DNA of 64,000 nt from the NCBI RefSeq assembly GCF_037042905.1, contig NC_087263.1:8248001-8312000 (forward strand), given 5' to 3'. Below the pieces are notes generated by a model, which saw only the letters and a program-made list of their open reading frames with translations, was not told the DNA's origin and made no database searches. Shown here piece by piece: positions 26,308 to 40,224 of the stretch (positions are counted from its first letter, which is position 1; each line of letters opens with the position of its first letter). Position numbers and translations under genes: made by a program. Source of the stretch: Lytechinus pictus (lineage: Eukaryota).

Positions 26308-27375
26308 CATTTTTATAGCACCATATATCTGTCAAAGACATTCAAAGGCATATTGGAGGAGCCAGCCAATCTGGGTCGCCTACAAGGGCGCGCACACAGA
26401 ACTGTGACCCGCAGGTCTCTCCTCCCGATAACTGGTTGGGGGAATGCAGGTGGACCACTACACAGGGTCATTAAATATGCGAGTTGGTATCCTCATAATA
26501 ACTTATAAAATTTCAACAGATTTTTTAAAAATTGGGTGTTTAGATAGATGACACCATAATACATGCAAATGAGCCTCAAAATTCGAAAATTATAATATTA
26601 CATAATAATTCATAGAAAATGAATTATATTGTACACAAGTGGGATAAATCATTCAATAGTAATTGTAATGCACAGAATTATAACAAGTGTTGGTAAAACA
26701 TCACAAAACCATTCATTTTAAAGTAGTAAAATAATTGAATTGACAAAGATTCTACCACTTCAGGCCATCCATAATTGGACTCGTACTCGTCGCTTTCAGA
26801 CCCTTATCAAGATTTTGATCAATTCTCTCTCTAATATACGCATAGAATTTATAAAATCGTGTGTTTCGGTATCTAAAGAGTTTATTCATGATGATAATAT
26901 TTTGATGGTGTTTGGAATCCTAAAAACCTGTATAATTATCATCATTTTAGGAAGAAAGCCTGTATGGTTTACTTAAACTATTCAAATTTTATATCTGGGG
27001 ATACCCATCTCAATGTCCACATACATGTGATTTTTTTTTGTCATGAAATGAATTACTGATAATTTCATTTCATCAGCAATTTAATGCCCATGTCTGCATG
27101 TTTGAGTATGTTTTATGCATATTTCGCCTCTGCTATTATTTTGATAGGATGTATTTCCAAATTCATCACAATAATTGTAAGTTTTATCATAATTTTACTT
27201 TTTGAAAATTATGCTATTTTTGTTCCACCAATAGTATCAATATGACGATATCAATGGATTCTAGTTAATCCTTTTGGGTAAGATTGGAACTAACTCTGTG
27301 TTTAATAGATAAAGATATATGACTAACTTGTCCAGGTAATGAGAAATGGGCCCCTGCTGAGTAGGCCTAGAGTTT

Positions 27376-27710
27376 TTATGCCCCAGCAGACGAAGCCCGG
27401 AAGGGGCAGTAAGCGTTGCCCCTGTCCGTCCCCCCAATTGGTTTCTGCGCAATAACTCGAAAAATATTTAATGGATTTTAAAAAATTTTGGTGTGTAGGT
27501 AGATGACCACAAAATACAGGCTAAGTTCGAATTCGGTGTACGCAGGTCAAAGGTCACATCTCATTATATATGCAAGTCGGTTCAAAGGTCTAAATTTGTT
27601 AATTAATTATATATATGCATATTGGTTTCTGCATGATATTAAGTTCAATCATATTGAATGGATTTCTGATCGCGTTAAGCAGGGGCATCTGTGTCCTTTG
27701 GACAAGTCAA
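27376..27710 (+). mobile_element. Short Helentron-associated (HINE/DINE-like) element; relatives at 23984-24660, 38210-38545 and 40225-42620
   Basis: 5' ATGCCCC..GGGGCA short inverted repeat, GTCC motif, AGGTCAAAGGTCAC core, 3' GGGGCAT plus GTCC/GGAC stem-loop. Family assignment is by architecture only. Confidence 0.55.
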
Positions 27711-28192
27711 ATTTTCTTAATTATGTGTAATTGATTTTATGACATGTGTTTACATTTGCTGCAGATTCCCATTCAGCCGTTGGACTGAACCTGTACTGTC
27801 TGTAACACAGTATGGATGGTCAATATGAAGCGAGCTTCATTGAATTCCTCCAAGAGATCTGTACTCCGTTCTGACCATTTTGAAGATGGTTGCTTTGACA
27901 GGACTGGGCAAGTGACTCGTCTTAGACAGGATGCTGTCCCAACCATGTTTGATTTCCTGCCTCGTCTTCAGAAGGTACAGTAGATCTATATCATACATGT
28001 GTTCTAAAGAAATATTTTCTCTGTATTATCTACCTTTGGTTTGATAGAACATTGCTTTAAATATTCCATTTTCAGTAGCCAAATAGAGATGAAAATTATC
28101 CTATTTGGGAGGGTAACCATGGACCTGGGCCTATACTGTGTATTTACAGTAAACTCTTACTTAATGAACAAATATATTAAAAATTTGGTTTA

Positions 28193-29029
28193 CCCTACAT
28201 AATAATCCTGGGCTACTTTGAGATTGCATAGCCCGGGGGGGGGGGGGGGGGCTTTTTGGTCCCCCTCTTCAGATCTCCATGCACTGTCGATCGCAACGAA
28301 AACCGATGCACACGTCACCATCAATGTAATCTGCAAGCATGGAGCTCGACATTTTTTTTACCGCGTCACTCGTTGACTTTTTACTTTCAAGTCTTGCGCA
28401 ACTTTTGAGACCAAAATTGTGACCCCCAGGTACAGGGTTCCGAAATTACGCAACATTTCGTAACTGCATGCAGAACCAAAATTGCTCAAAAACGTGTATT
28501 TGTGTACAAATCCAATGCAAGTAGTGTTTTTAGCCAAAATTTATAAAATGTATCATATTTTTCCTTTTACTGCTCAAAATCAATTAATTTTATCTTGTTT
28601 ATGGTAAAAAAAAAACGTCTCCGACAATTTCCATTGAAAAAACAATAAAAAACAAAAAGTCGAAAAACACAGAAATACATAAGAAATTTAGAAAACAATA
28701 AAATACATAAAAAATGAATGTGATGTTGACAACTTTTTTAAAAATTAATTTAATCAGATGCCTATAAAGAGTAAGTGAAACAAAAATGAGCATTTTAGGG
28801 GCATTATTTTGTTAATTAGAGCAAACTTATGATTTTACGCATTAATTAACATAATGAGCAATGAGATTTTTCGCAGATTTTGATATTATGGTATTGTAGA
28901 TAATGCCATGGGTAACGCGCGTGCCAATTTTCGTCGCGATTGCGAGATCAACGGCCGAGATCATAAGGGGGGCTGAATCAGCCCCCCCCCCGTCTTCTTA
29001 GGCGTCGAAATAGCCCAGTCTATTTAGGG
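28193..29029. mobile_element. piggyBac-like MITE
   Basis: ttta-CCCT..CTGGGCTA at the left end and TAGCCCAG..AGGG-ttaa at the right end. Confidence 0.55.
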
Positions 29030-30261
29030 TTAAAGATAAATCCCTAAATAATTCCCCAAATTCTATGATTTCTAAACAAATGTGCTCCTGAAGAAATGGT
29101 AAATCAAATTTCTACTTTTATGTATTTTATTGGTTCTATAATTCCATACGTATTTCTTTGTTTTGGGGCCTTATGTATTTTATAGTTTTTTTTCAATGGG
29201 ATCACTTCGTGGCACTATTCCAATTATAAAAAGCAAGATTTGATTATTTCCAACCAATTAGTGCAAGAATAATGATGCATTTGTCAATTATGACAGAAAA
29301 TAGAATTTCCATTGGATTAAATATGTATACAAAATAATATTTTTGAGCAATTTTCGGTCCAACATGAACTCATAAAATGTTGCGTAACTGCGTATCTGGG
29401 CGTCTCGAATTTTGTCTAAAAGCTCTGCGAGAATTGAACGAAAAAAAAAATTGTGGTACCTCGTTTCTCATTGTGGACTTATCGTGAAAAATGTGGATGG
29501 GGGGGGGCTTATTAAGCTTATTAAGCCCCCCCCCCCAGGGGCTAGATAGGGTTAATATATCATCATGAATATTAAAAAAAAAAAACATTTATTTTGTTGC
29601 AAGTCACTGGAAAAGGTTTGATTCCTAAATAAATATTATTCTTCATGTATTATCGAATATTTAATTGAAAAATTTAAAGCTATCTTTTCATTCTTCTATC
29701 TGTTTTTGTTCAATATTTCTTATATGTTTCTTTTTTTAATTCATTCATCTCGTACAGAATTCACCCAAGCCAAGGAATTCCCCGAAAGAAAGACGTTTTG
29801 ATTCAGCAAACAACCTCCCAGATACTGCAAAGTCTTCAGCACCTTCATTTCTCGAGGACCACTCCTACTCAATATCAGAAAGTCCAAGAGAGGTAAAGTG
29901 GAAGATAACAGCAATAATGGACTGTATTAAGAACTTGGAGAAGAGGCTGAAAACCACACACGAGAAGTCCCGCCGTGTACATTACTTGCTCTTAAGTTTG
30001 GACAAACATAACTTGCAAAACTTTACAACAAATAATTACCCCAATGTGCATTCTGATTATTTAAAATAGCTCAATGAAATAGTTTATCCGTGGGCATGTA
30101 ACAAAAGTGAATTCATTAAATTTGAACGTGTTGCAAAAATGATGTCTTACAGTATATTCATTCTGACTTAGAATGTCAGAAGAGAAAAAAGTTTGTGAAA
30201 AGTAGGAATGACGGCAAGATGACAGAAGAATAGAACAGGATAGAGCAAGGGGGACAGATAA

Positions 30262-30861
30262 AGGACAAGTCCACCCCAAAAATTGTTGATATGAATAAAA
30301 AGAGAAAAATCCAACAAGCATAACACTGAAAATTTGATAAAAAATCGGATGTAAAATAAAAAAGTTATGACATTTAAAAATTTTGCTAAATTTTACAAAA
30401 GAGTTATATGCACATTCTGTACACAGTCAGTATGCAAATGAGGAGACTGATGACGTCATCCACTCACTATTTCATTTGATATATAGAATAAGGTATATTC
30501 TAATTTTCTCCTTGTCATGTTAAACAAAATTTTATTCCTCCCTGATCATGTGGAATTAGCATTATTCAATACTTTTTTGGTTCAGTAAAGTTTGTCCTTA
30601 TGGTAAAATCTGTAAAAAATGAAATATTGTATAATTCAAACAATAAAAAACAAAATAAACAGTGAGTGAGGGACATTATCGACTGTCTCATTTGCATGTC
30701 ACTGAGTTGTGAATATTTTTGTTTTGTGAAAAATAAGTGAAAATTAAAAATGCCATAACTTTCTTAGTTTACATCCCATTTTGATGAAATTTTCAGCGTT
30801 ATGCTAGTTTGATTTTTCTCAATTTAACTGAACCAACAATTTTCTTGGGTAGACTTGACCT
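30262..30861. mobile_element. Kolobok-like MITE present only in the left arm
   Basis: AGGACAAGTCCACCC..GGGTAGACTTGACCT termini; mirror site at ~34975 is empty. Confidence 0.8.
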
Positions 30862-32133
30862 TTACTAATGAGCTGTTGGATAGAGACAAAAAGATGAATT
30901 GAGATTGAGGGTGATAGAGAAAGAGAGACAGGTGTGGGGGAGCCTTTGATGAATGCCTGAGAAAGCGAACATTACCATAATTTTTTTTTTGAGGATTTGG
31001 ACAGTAATGAATAGTACATGTTTTTTCTGTTGGTATTTCTCAAAATATGTGTATGTTGTATGTAATGAAATGGGTATAATCCTTTTGTAAGATACACTCA
31101 TTCAGAAAATATTAACTAAACAAAAAAAAAGCCAAATTATATTTTACTTATTTTCAACTGTTCAGACACTCTCATATCAAAAGTACCCCCCCCCCCCCTC
31201 ATTTCAAGGTATTGGAGAGAGAGAGAGGTTGGATGAGAAATGGATTGGCTGTCTGCAGAAAAAAATGCAGGGGGAGCAAAACATTTTTAGGATATGTTCA
31301 AGGGAGCGAAGCGACCGAGCAGAAAAATTATTCTGGGGATATATGTGAGAGAGCAAAGTGACGAGAAGAACAAATGCAGGGGCCAAAATATTTCGAGAAT
31401 ATGTGAGAGGGAGCAAAGTGACCAAGCAGAAGTAAAAGGAAAGAGGGACAAAAATTGTGGTATGTGTGAGGGAGCAAAGCATCCGATAAAAAAAACCAGA
31501 AAGCAGGTCAATCAAAATATTTTTCAAATTTGTGCTGGTGCGCGACACGTTCACTCCCGAGCGATAGGGACTTGTTTAAAAATGGCATAGGAAATATGCG
31601 TTTTCTATAATCATGGTAAACTGATAATATGGTAGAATTTAGGTGTTGTAAGAGTTAAATTCTGAATGAACTGTATTGGCTGGTTAGACATGCGCAGAGG
31701 ATTATTTGTCTTTATCCATTTTTATTTTCACATTTTTCTTTTGTTTGAATTTATTTTCCAGGGGGTAAGCCCCCCCTCCCCCCATTCCTGTGAATACCAA
31801 TGGGGCGGGGGCTTGGAATAGTGCAAGTTAGAAATGGTGAATCTGAACTTTATAGATATCAAAAGAGAAAGAAAGAATTGTAAAATGAAAATGAATAAAA
31901 ACAAAGATAGAGAGGGGGAGAGTGAGAAAGCAGGTGAACTTTCGAGGGGCATTAAAAAGTCTCAGATTAAAAACAACATTTTTGTTTTTGTAATTGTTTA
32001 TTTTATTTACCCAGGGTCAGTCAAAATATTTTGGAATATGTGCGAGGGAGCGACACATTCACTCCCGAGCGGTAGGGACTTGTTTTAGGAAACATGCGTT
32101 TTCTAAGAATGGTAAACCCATATTTTAAGGTAA

Positions 32134-33537
32134 ATTGCCAATTCGTCTACTGCCATACAGTCCACTCACCACATGGTCTACCTTCATTTTGTCTATAAAT
32201 GCCATTTCGTCCAATAGCAATTTCGTTTACCACCCATTTAGTCTAATTCTATTAAGGCTAATGCCATCTCCATTAATCAGTTCGTCCAATGTTCATTTAG
32301 TCCAAGCCATGTTGGCTAATATCAGTTGGTCCAATATCCAAATTATCTACCGGATAATTGTCATTTCGTCTATCATTTCGTCCACCACCCATTAGGTCCG
32401 ATAATCAGTTTGTCTAACAACCAAATCGCCCAGTTCGTCCAATTCTCAAATCGTCCAATAGTCATTTAGTCTAATAGTCAATTGGTCCAATAGCCATGTT
32501 GTCTAATACAAATATAATGCATCATCCGGGGGGGGGGGACGAAATGACTTCTTAAATATACCTTGAAATTCCTGAAGATAAAAAAATATGTAACTAGGCC
32601 TGCTATCAGGAATGGAATGATGCGGTACAGCATGCAGCCTCCTACCCCCCCCCCCCCCCCCCCCCCGCTCTCTCTACCACATCACGCACACAAAAGGGGG
32701 AATTGGAGTGGTTAAAATTGATAAAATTGAAATAGGGTCCTTTGATTTGGAATTTACCCTCATTTCTTTTTTTTTACAAATGCACACCTAAAAATGATAA
32801 TCATCACTCATCATATAACAATGATAATAATTGTAATAATAGTAATTAATGTAGTACTAATAAACAAGAAATGTACTATAATAATAACGATAACAGCCTT
32901 GGACGGTACAAAAAAATTAAAAAGAGAGAAAAGTGGGAAAGGATGGGGAGAACATTACATAAAAACATAAAATGTATTACAATGGAGCTTAAAAAAACAC
33001 TAATAAAAGATTAATCAAACGACAGGTGTAAATTAATAACAAATCACAAGAGCAACAGGAGTCGAGGTAGCAATACACAGGCACCAAACTAGAAGGACTG
33101 CTAGTAGTAGACTATTCCTATTTGATTGTAGACAAAACGAATATTGACCGGGATGGCAATTGGACCCATTGATGATTAGACCAAATGATTGTTAGATGAA
33201 ATGGGTTTAGACTAAGTGACAGTGGATCAACTGCAGTTGGACCAAATGGAACATAGACAAAATGTAAGTAGACTAAGTGGTCAGTGGCCATTTGCCCTTA
33301 GACCAATTGGCTATTGGACTAAATGGTAATAGACATAATGAAAATGGACAAAGTGGCTATTGGACAAATTGGCCAAAAATGCAATTAGACCAAATGAAAG
33401 TAGACAAATTGGTTATTAGACGAACTAGCTATTGGACAAAATGGTAATTGGAAGATGTGGAAAAGGAACAACTGATGGTAGATGAAATGACATACCATTT
33501 GATGAGTGGACAAAATGGCAGTAGACGAAATGGCAAT
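32134..33537. mobile_element. Inner foldback-type element near the centre of the giant palindrome
   Basis: ATTGCCAATTCGTCTACTGCCAT..ATGGCAGTAGACGAAATGGCAAT termini with arrays of GTC(C/T)AA and TT(G/A)GAC subrepeats. Related fragment at ~56905-57110. Confidence 0.75.
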
Positions 33538-36516
33538 AAACCTATTATAGGCCTACGGTAGAATTTAGGTGTTTTACGAGTCAAATTCTGAATGAACTGT
33601 ATTGGCTGGTAAGACATGCGGCAAGGATCTGTGTCTCTTATCCATTTTTATTTTTCAAATTTCTTTTGTTTGATTTCAGTTTTCAGGGGAAGCCCCCCCC
33701 CCCCCCCCCCCCTCCTGTGGAAGCCAGTGGGGCTGGGGCTTAGAATAGTGCACGATAGAAAGGGAAAAACCGGAACTTTAGATATCAAAAGAGAAACAAA
33801 GAATTGTAAAAATGGGTGAGCTTTCGAGGGGCATAAGAAAGTCTGAGATTAGAAACATCATTTTTATTTATTTCTTTATTCATTTATTCTGTTTTATTTA
33901 CCAAGGGTAGCCTCTTCAGTACAAAACTGCTTTACAAGAGAGCACTGCACATCTAAATGTATTTATCAGCATTAATAGTTTATACATAATTTTTAAAATG
34001 AGCGCGAAGCTCAGGATAATGTTTGATATTCCAACCAGAAAAATTGGCATTTTAAGCATATAATCCCCTGCCCCATTGGCATCCACAGGAGGGTGGGCCT
34101 TTCTGCCTGGAAACTGAAATCAAAAGAAAAGTGTGGAAAATGGATGAAAGACAAAGATCCTCTGCGCATGTCTTACCAGCAAATGCAGCTCATTCAGAAT
34201 CTAACTCTTAGAGCACCTAAATTCTACCGTAGGCCTACAATATGTGTTTACCATGCTTAGAAAACGCATATTTCTTAAGCTATTTTTAAACAAGTCCCTA
34301 CTGCTCAAGAGTGACCGAGTCGCTTCCTCACACATATTCGAAAATATTTTGACCTGCTTTTTTTATCGGTTGCTTTGCTCCCTCACATACCCCAACAATT
34401 TTATGTCCTCTACATTTCTTCTGCTTGGTCACTTCGCTCCCTCTCACATATTCCCCAAATCTCTTGTCTCTTGCATTTTTCTTCTCTGTCATTTCGCTCT
34501 CTCGCATATATTGCAAAATAATTTTCTGCTGTCGCTTCGCTCCCTTGCACATATCCCAAAAATGTTTTGCCCCCCCCCGTATTTTTTTTTCTGCAGACAG
34601 CCATGTCCCGTTCATACTCTCTCTCCAATACATTGAAATGATGGGGGGGGGGGCACTTTGGATATGAGAGTTACTGAACAATTGAAAATCAGTGAATTAT
34701 TTGGCTTTTTTTCTTTTGTTTAGTTAATATTTTCTGTGTGAGTGAAACTTCCGAAGGATTATACCCGTTTCGTTACATAAAACATACAAGTATTTTGAGA
34801 AATACCAACAGAAAAAAAAACCCAGATTCTTCCTGACTGTTCAAATCCTTAAAAAAATTATGGTAATCTTCGCTTTCTCAGGCATTGATCACAGGCTCCC
34901 CCAACACCCGTCTCTCTTTCTCTATCACCCCCATTCTTAATTCATCTTTTTGTCTCTATCCAACAGCTCATTCATATCTATCGCCTTGTTCTATCCTGTT
35001 CTATTCTTCTGTCAGCTTGCTGTCATTCCTACTTTTCACAAACTTTTTTCTCTTCTGACATTCTAAGTCAGAATGAATATACTGTAAGACATCATTTTTG
35101 CAACACGTTCAAATTTAATGAATGCACTTTTGTTACATGCCCAGTGGTAAACTTTTTCATTGAGCTATTTTAAATAATCAGAATGCACATAGCGTAAATT
35201 ATTTGTTGTAAAGTTTTGCGAGTCATGTTTGTCCAAACTTAAGAGCAAGTAATGTACACGGCGGGACTTCTGCTGTGTGGTTTCAGCCTCTTCTCCAAGT
35301 TTTTAATAGTCCATTATTGCTGTTATCTTCCACTTTACCCCTCTTGGACTTTCTGATATTGAGTAGGAGTGGTCCTCGAGAAATGAAGGTGCTGAAGACT
35401 TTGCAGTATCTGGGAGGTTGTTTGCTGAATCAAAACGTCTTTCTTTCGGGGAATTCCTTGGCTTGGATGAACTCTGTACGAGATGAATGAATTAAAAAAA
35501 AGAAACATATAAGAAATATTGAACAAAAACAGATAGAAGAATGAAAAGATAGCTTTAAATTTTTCAATTAAATATTCGATAATACATGAAGAATAATATT
35601 TATTTAGGAATCAAACCTTTTCCAGTGACTTGCAACAAAATAAATATTTTTTTTTTAATATTCATGATGATATATTAACCCTATCTAGCCCCGGGGGGGG
35701 GGGGCTTAATAAGCTTAATAAGCCCCCCCATCCACATTTTTCACGATAAGTCCACAATGAGAAACGAGGTACCACAATGTTTTTTTTCGTTCAATTCTCG
35801 CAGAGCTTTTAGACAAAATTCGAGACGCCCAGATACGCAGTTACGCAACATTTTATGAGTTCATGTTGGACCGAAAATTGCTCAAAAATATTATTTTGTA
35901 TACATATTTAATCCAATGGAAATTCTATTTTCAGTCATAATTGACAAATGCATCATTATTCTTGCACTAATTGGTTGGAAATAATCAAATCTTGCTTTTT
36001 ATAATTGGAATAGTGCCACGAAGTGATCCCATTGAAAAAAAACTATAAAATACATAAGGCCCCAAAACAAAGAAATACGTATGGAATTATAGAACCAATA
36101 AAATACATAAAAGTAGAAATTTGATTTACCATTTCTTCAGGAGCACATTTGTTTAGAAATCATAGAATTTGGGGAATTATTTAGGGATTTATCTTTAACC
36201 CTAAATAGACTGGGCTATTTCGACGCCTAAGAAGACGGGGGGGGGGGGGCTGATTCAGCCCCCCTTATGATCTCGGCCGTTGATCTCGCAATCGCGACGA
36301 AAATTGGCACGCGCATTACCCATGGCATTATCTACAATACCATAATATCAAAATCTGCTCAAAAATATTATTTTGTATACATATTTAATCCAATGGAAAT
36401 TCTATTTTCAGTCATAATTGACAAAGGCATCATTATTCTTGCACTGATTGGTTGAAAATAATAAAATCTTTGCTTTTTATAATTGGAATAGTACCACGAA
36501 GTGATCTCATTGAAAA

Positions 36517-37336
36517 ACAAGAGGAACGCCTCTGGCAGTCTCGCCTGCATTACGCAATTTAATATAGCAGCAGTGCTAACTTTGAAAACTACTATAAAAT
36601 AATCATTCACAAAAACATCATTCATATAATGACATAATACCACGTTCATTGACCATAAATGACATTTGAACGGAGACTTAAGACTGTCAACTACACCCAT
36701 GTCCACATTTCATTCACTCTATCCATAAACTTTCAAAGTTATGATGGCACTTCAACAATTACCCCAACATGGCCTAAGTTTATTGACCTTAACTGACCTT
36801 TGACTTGGTTTTGTGACCTGAAACTCACAGGGGATGTTCAGTGATGCTTGATTACTCTTATATCCCAAGTGTTATGAACTAGATCCATAAACTTTCATAG
36901 TTAGGATGGTAATTCAACAAATACCCCCAACACGGCCAAAGTTCATTGACCTTAAATGACCATTCACCATGGTCATGTGACCTGAAACTCGCACAGGATA
37001 TTCAGTGGTACTTGATTAACCTAATGTCCAAGTTTCATGAACTAAATCCATAAATTTTCAAAGTTATGATAGTAATTCAACAAATACCCCCAACTTGACC
37101 AAAGTTCATTGACCCTAAATGACCTTTGACCTTGGTCACGTGACCTGAAACTCGAGCAGGATGTTTACTAATACTTGATTAACCTTATTCCCAAGTTTCA
37201 TGAACTAGGTCCATATACTTTCTAAGTTATGATGTCATTTCAAAAACTTAACCTTAGGTTAAGATTTGATGTTGACGCCGCCGCCGCCGTCGGAAAAGCG
37301 GCGCCTATAGTCTCGCTCTGCTATGCAGGCGAGACA
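36517..37336 (-). mobile_element. HINE/DINE-like element with ~162-bp tandem core, right arm only
   Basis: Sub-terminal IR GTCTCGCCTGCA / TGCAGGCGAGAC, (GCC)n tract, core units at 36723, 36885, 37048 and 37211 rich in TGACCT; inserted in an A-run. Confidence 0.7.
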
Positions 37337-40224
37337 AAAACCAATAAAATACATAAGGCCCCAAAACTAAGAAATACGTATGGAATTATAGAACCAATAC
37401 ATAAGATTAGAAATTTGATTTACCATTTTTTTCAGGAGCACATTTGTTTAGAAATCATAGAATTTGGGGAATTATTTAGAGATTTACCTTTAAAGCAGAG
37501 AATTCTATATTTAGGCATAAATTAGCATTATTAATTTATTAAAAATAAATTTAAATTCTGTAAAATCAGCGATACACCCTTAGCTCCATGCTTGCAGATT
37601 ACATTGATGGTGACGTGTGTATTGGTTTTCGTTGCGATCGACGGAGATCTGAAGAGGGGGACCAAAAAGCCTCCCCCCCCCCCCGGGCTATGCAATCTAA
37701 AAGCAGCCCAGGATTATTATGTAGGGTAAACCAAATTTTTAATATATTTGTTCATTTAGTAAGAGTTTACTGTAAATACACAGTAAAGGCCCAGGTCCAT
37801 GGTTAGCCTCCCAAATAGGATAATTTTCATCTCTATTTGGCTACTGAAAATGGAATATTTAAAGCAATGTTCTATCAAACCAAAGGTAGATAATACAGAG
37901 AAAATATTTCTTTAGAACACATGTATGATATAGATCTACTCTACCTTCTGAAGACGAGGCAGGAAATCAAATATGGTTGGGACAGCATCCTGTCTAAGAC
38001 GTGTCACTTGCCCAGTCCTGTCAAAGCTACCATCTTCAAAATGAGCAAAACGGAGTACAAAGCTCTTGGAAGAATTCAATGAAGCTCGCTTCATATTGAC
38101 CATCCATACTGTGTTACAGTACCGGTTCAGTCCAACGGCTGAATGGGAATCTGCAGCAAATGTAAACACATGTCATAAAATCAATTACACATAATTAAGA
38201 AAATTTGACGTGTCCAAAGGACACAGATGCCCCTACTTAACGCGATCAGAAATCCATTCAATATGATTGAACTTAATATCATACAGAAACCAATATGCAT
38301 ATATATATAATTAACAAATTCAGACCTTTGAACCGACTTGCATATATAATGAGATGTGACCTTTGACCTACGGACTCCGAATTCGAACTTAGCCTGTATT
38401 TTGTGGTCATCTACCTACACACCAAATTTTTTTTTAAATCCATTAAATATTTTTCGAGTTATTGCGCGGAAACCCAAGTGGGGGGGGGGGGACGGACAGG
38501 GGCAACGCTTAATGCCCCCTCTGGGCTTCGTCTGTGGGGGCATACAAACTCTAGGCCTACATGTACTCAGCAGGGGCCCGTTTCTCAACACTTGGACAAG
38601 TTAGTCATATAACTTTATCTACCAAACACAGAGTTAGTTCCAATCTTACCCAAAAGGATTAACTAGAATCCATTGATATCGTATACTATTCATTAGTGGT
38701 GGAAAGTACATGAAACGTAGCCTTAGTCACAAAATAGCATAATTTTCAAAAAGTAAAATTATGATAAAACCTAATAATAATAATAATCCGCTTTTATATA
38801 GCGCTTAATACATCGAATGAAAAGATAGCTTAAAATTTTTCAATTAAATATTTGATAATACATGAAGAATAATATTTATTTAGGAATCAAACCTTTTCCA
38901 GTGACTTGCAACAAAATAAATGTTTTTTTTTTATATTCATGATGATATATTAACCCTATCTAGCCCCTGGGGGGGGGGGGCTTAATAAGCCCCCCTATCC
39001 ACATTTTTCACGATAAGTCCAAAATGAGAAACGAGGTACCACAATTTTTTTTTTCGTTCAATTCTCGCAGAGCTTTTGAGACCAAATTCGAGACGCCCGG
39101 ATACGCAGTTACCCAACATTTTATGAGTTTATGTTGGACCAAAAATTGCTAGAAAATATTATTTTGTATACATATTTAATCCAATGGAAATTCTGTTTTC
39201 AGTCATAATTGACAAATGCATCATTATTCTTGCACTGATTGGTTGAAAATAATCAAATCTTTGCTTTTTATAATTGGAATAGTACCACGAAGTGATCCCA
39301 TTGAAAAAAAAAAATAAAATACATAAGGCCCCAAAACTAAGAAATACGTATGGAATTATAAAACCAATAAAATACATAAGATTAGAAATTTGATTTACCA
39401 TTTTTTTCAGGAGCACATTTGTTTAGAAATCATAGAATTTGGGGAATTATTTAGAGATTTACCTTTAAAGCAGAGAATTCTATATTTAGGCATAAATTAG
39501 CATTATTAATTTATTAAAAATAAATTTAAATTCTGTAAAATCAGCGATACACCCTTAGCTCCATGCTTGCAGATTACATTGATTGTGACGTGTGTATTGG
39601 TTTTCGTTGCGATCGACGGAGATCTGAAGAGGGGGACCAAAAAGCCTCCCCCCCCCCCCCGGGCTATGCAATCTAAAAGTAGCCCAGGATTATTATGTAG
39701 GGTAAACCAAATTTTTTATATATTTGTTCATTTAGTAAGAGTTTACTGTAAATACACAGTAAAGGCCCAGGTCCATGGTTACCCTCCCAAATAGGATAAT
39801 TTTCATCTCTATTTGGCTACTGAAAATGAAATATTTAAAAAAAAAGGAGGAATTACCTCCTTTTTTGTTGGAAAAGTATTGTAGGATATGATTTTAATTA
39901 CTGAATATGTTAAAAAATAGCTCAAAGTTATATTCTCATGAAAAGTTGATTTTTTTTCTCGCTCGCTTCGCTCGCTCAGGACTTATATATATATATAAAG
40001 CAGCCTTTTGGCACATGTTCTATACTGCGCCCCTCGTTGTTTTTTTGTTTTGTTTTTTACTCTTCACGCTACTGCCGCAAATAATCCTCTTCACAGTGGC
40101 GCGTACAGACCACCGTGACAAAAAAGGAATCTAAAGAGAGAAGAATTAAATAAATTTATTATCTGGATATCATGTCAAAATCTATCACAAAATTGGATTT
40201 TTGTATTAAAAAGGTTAAAAAAAG

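Larger units (their letters stand above)
22830..29976 (+). pseudogene. THAP-domain gene remnant (transposase-like N-terminus), left arm; exons 22830-22890, 27765-27974, 29758-~29976
   Basis: MPT*AAYNCSNR / GCGRTLHS-FPFSR..WMVNMKR..DHFEDGCFDRTGQVTRLRQDAVPTMF; then DHSY and a coiled-coil-like LEKRLK segment. Stops and frameshifts present. Reverse CCAAT box at ~22720. Confidence 0.8.
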
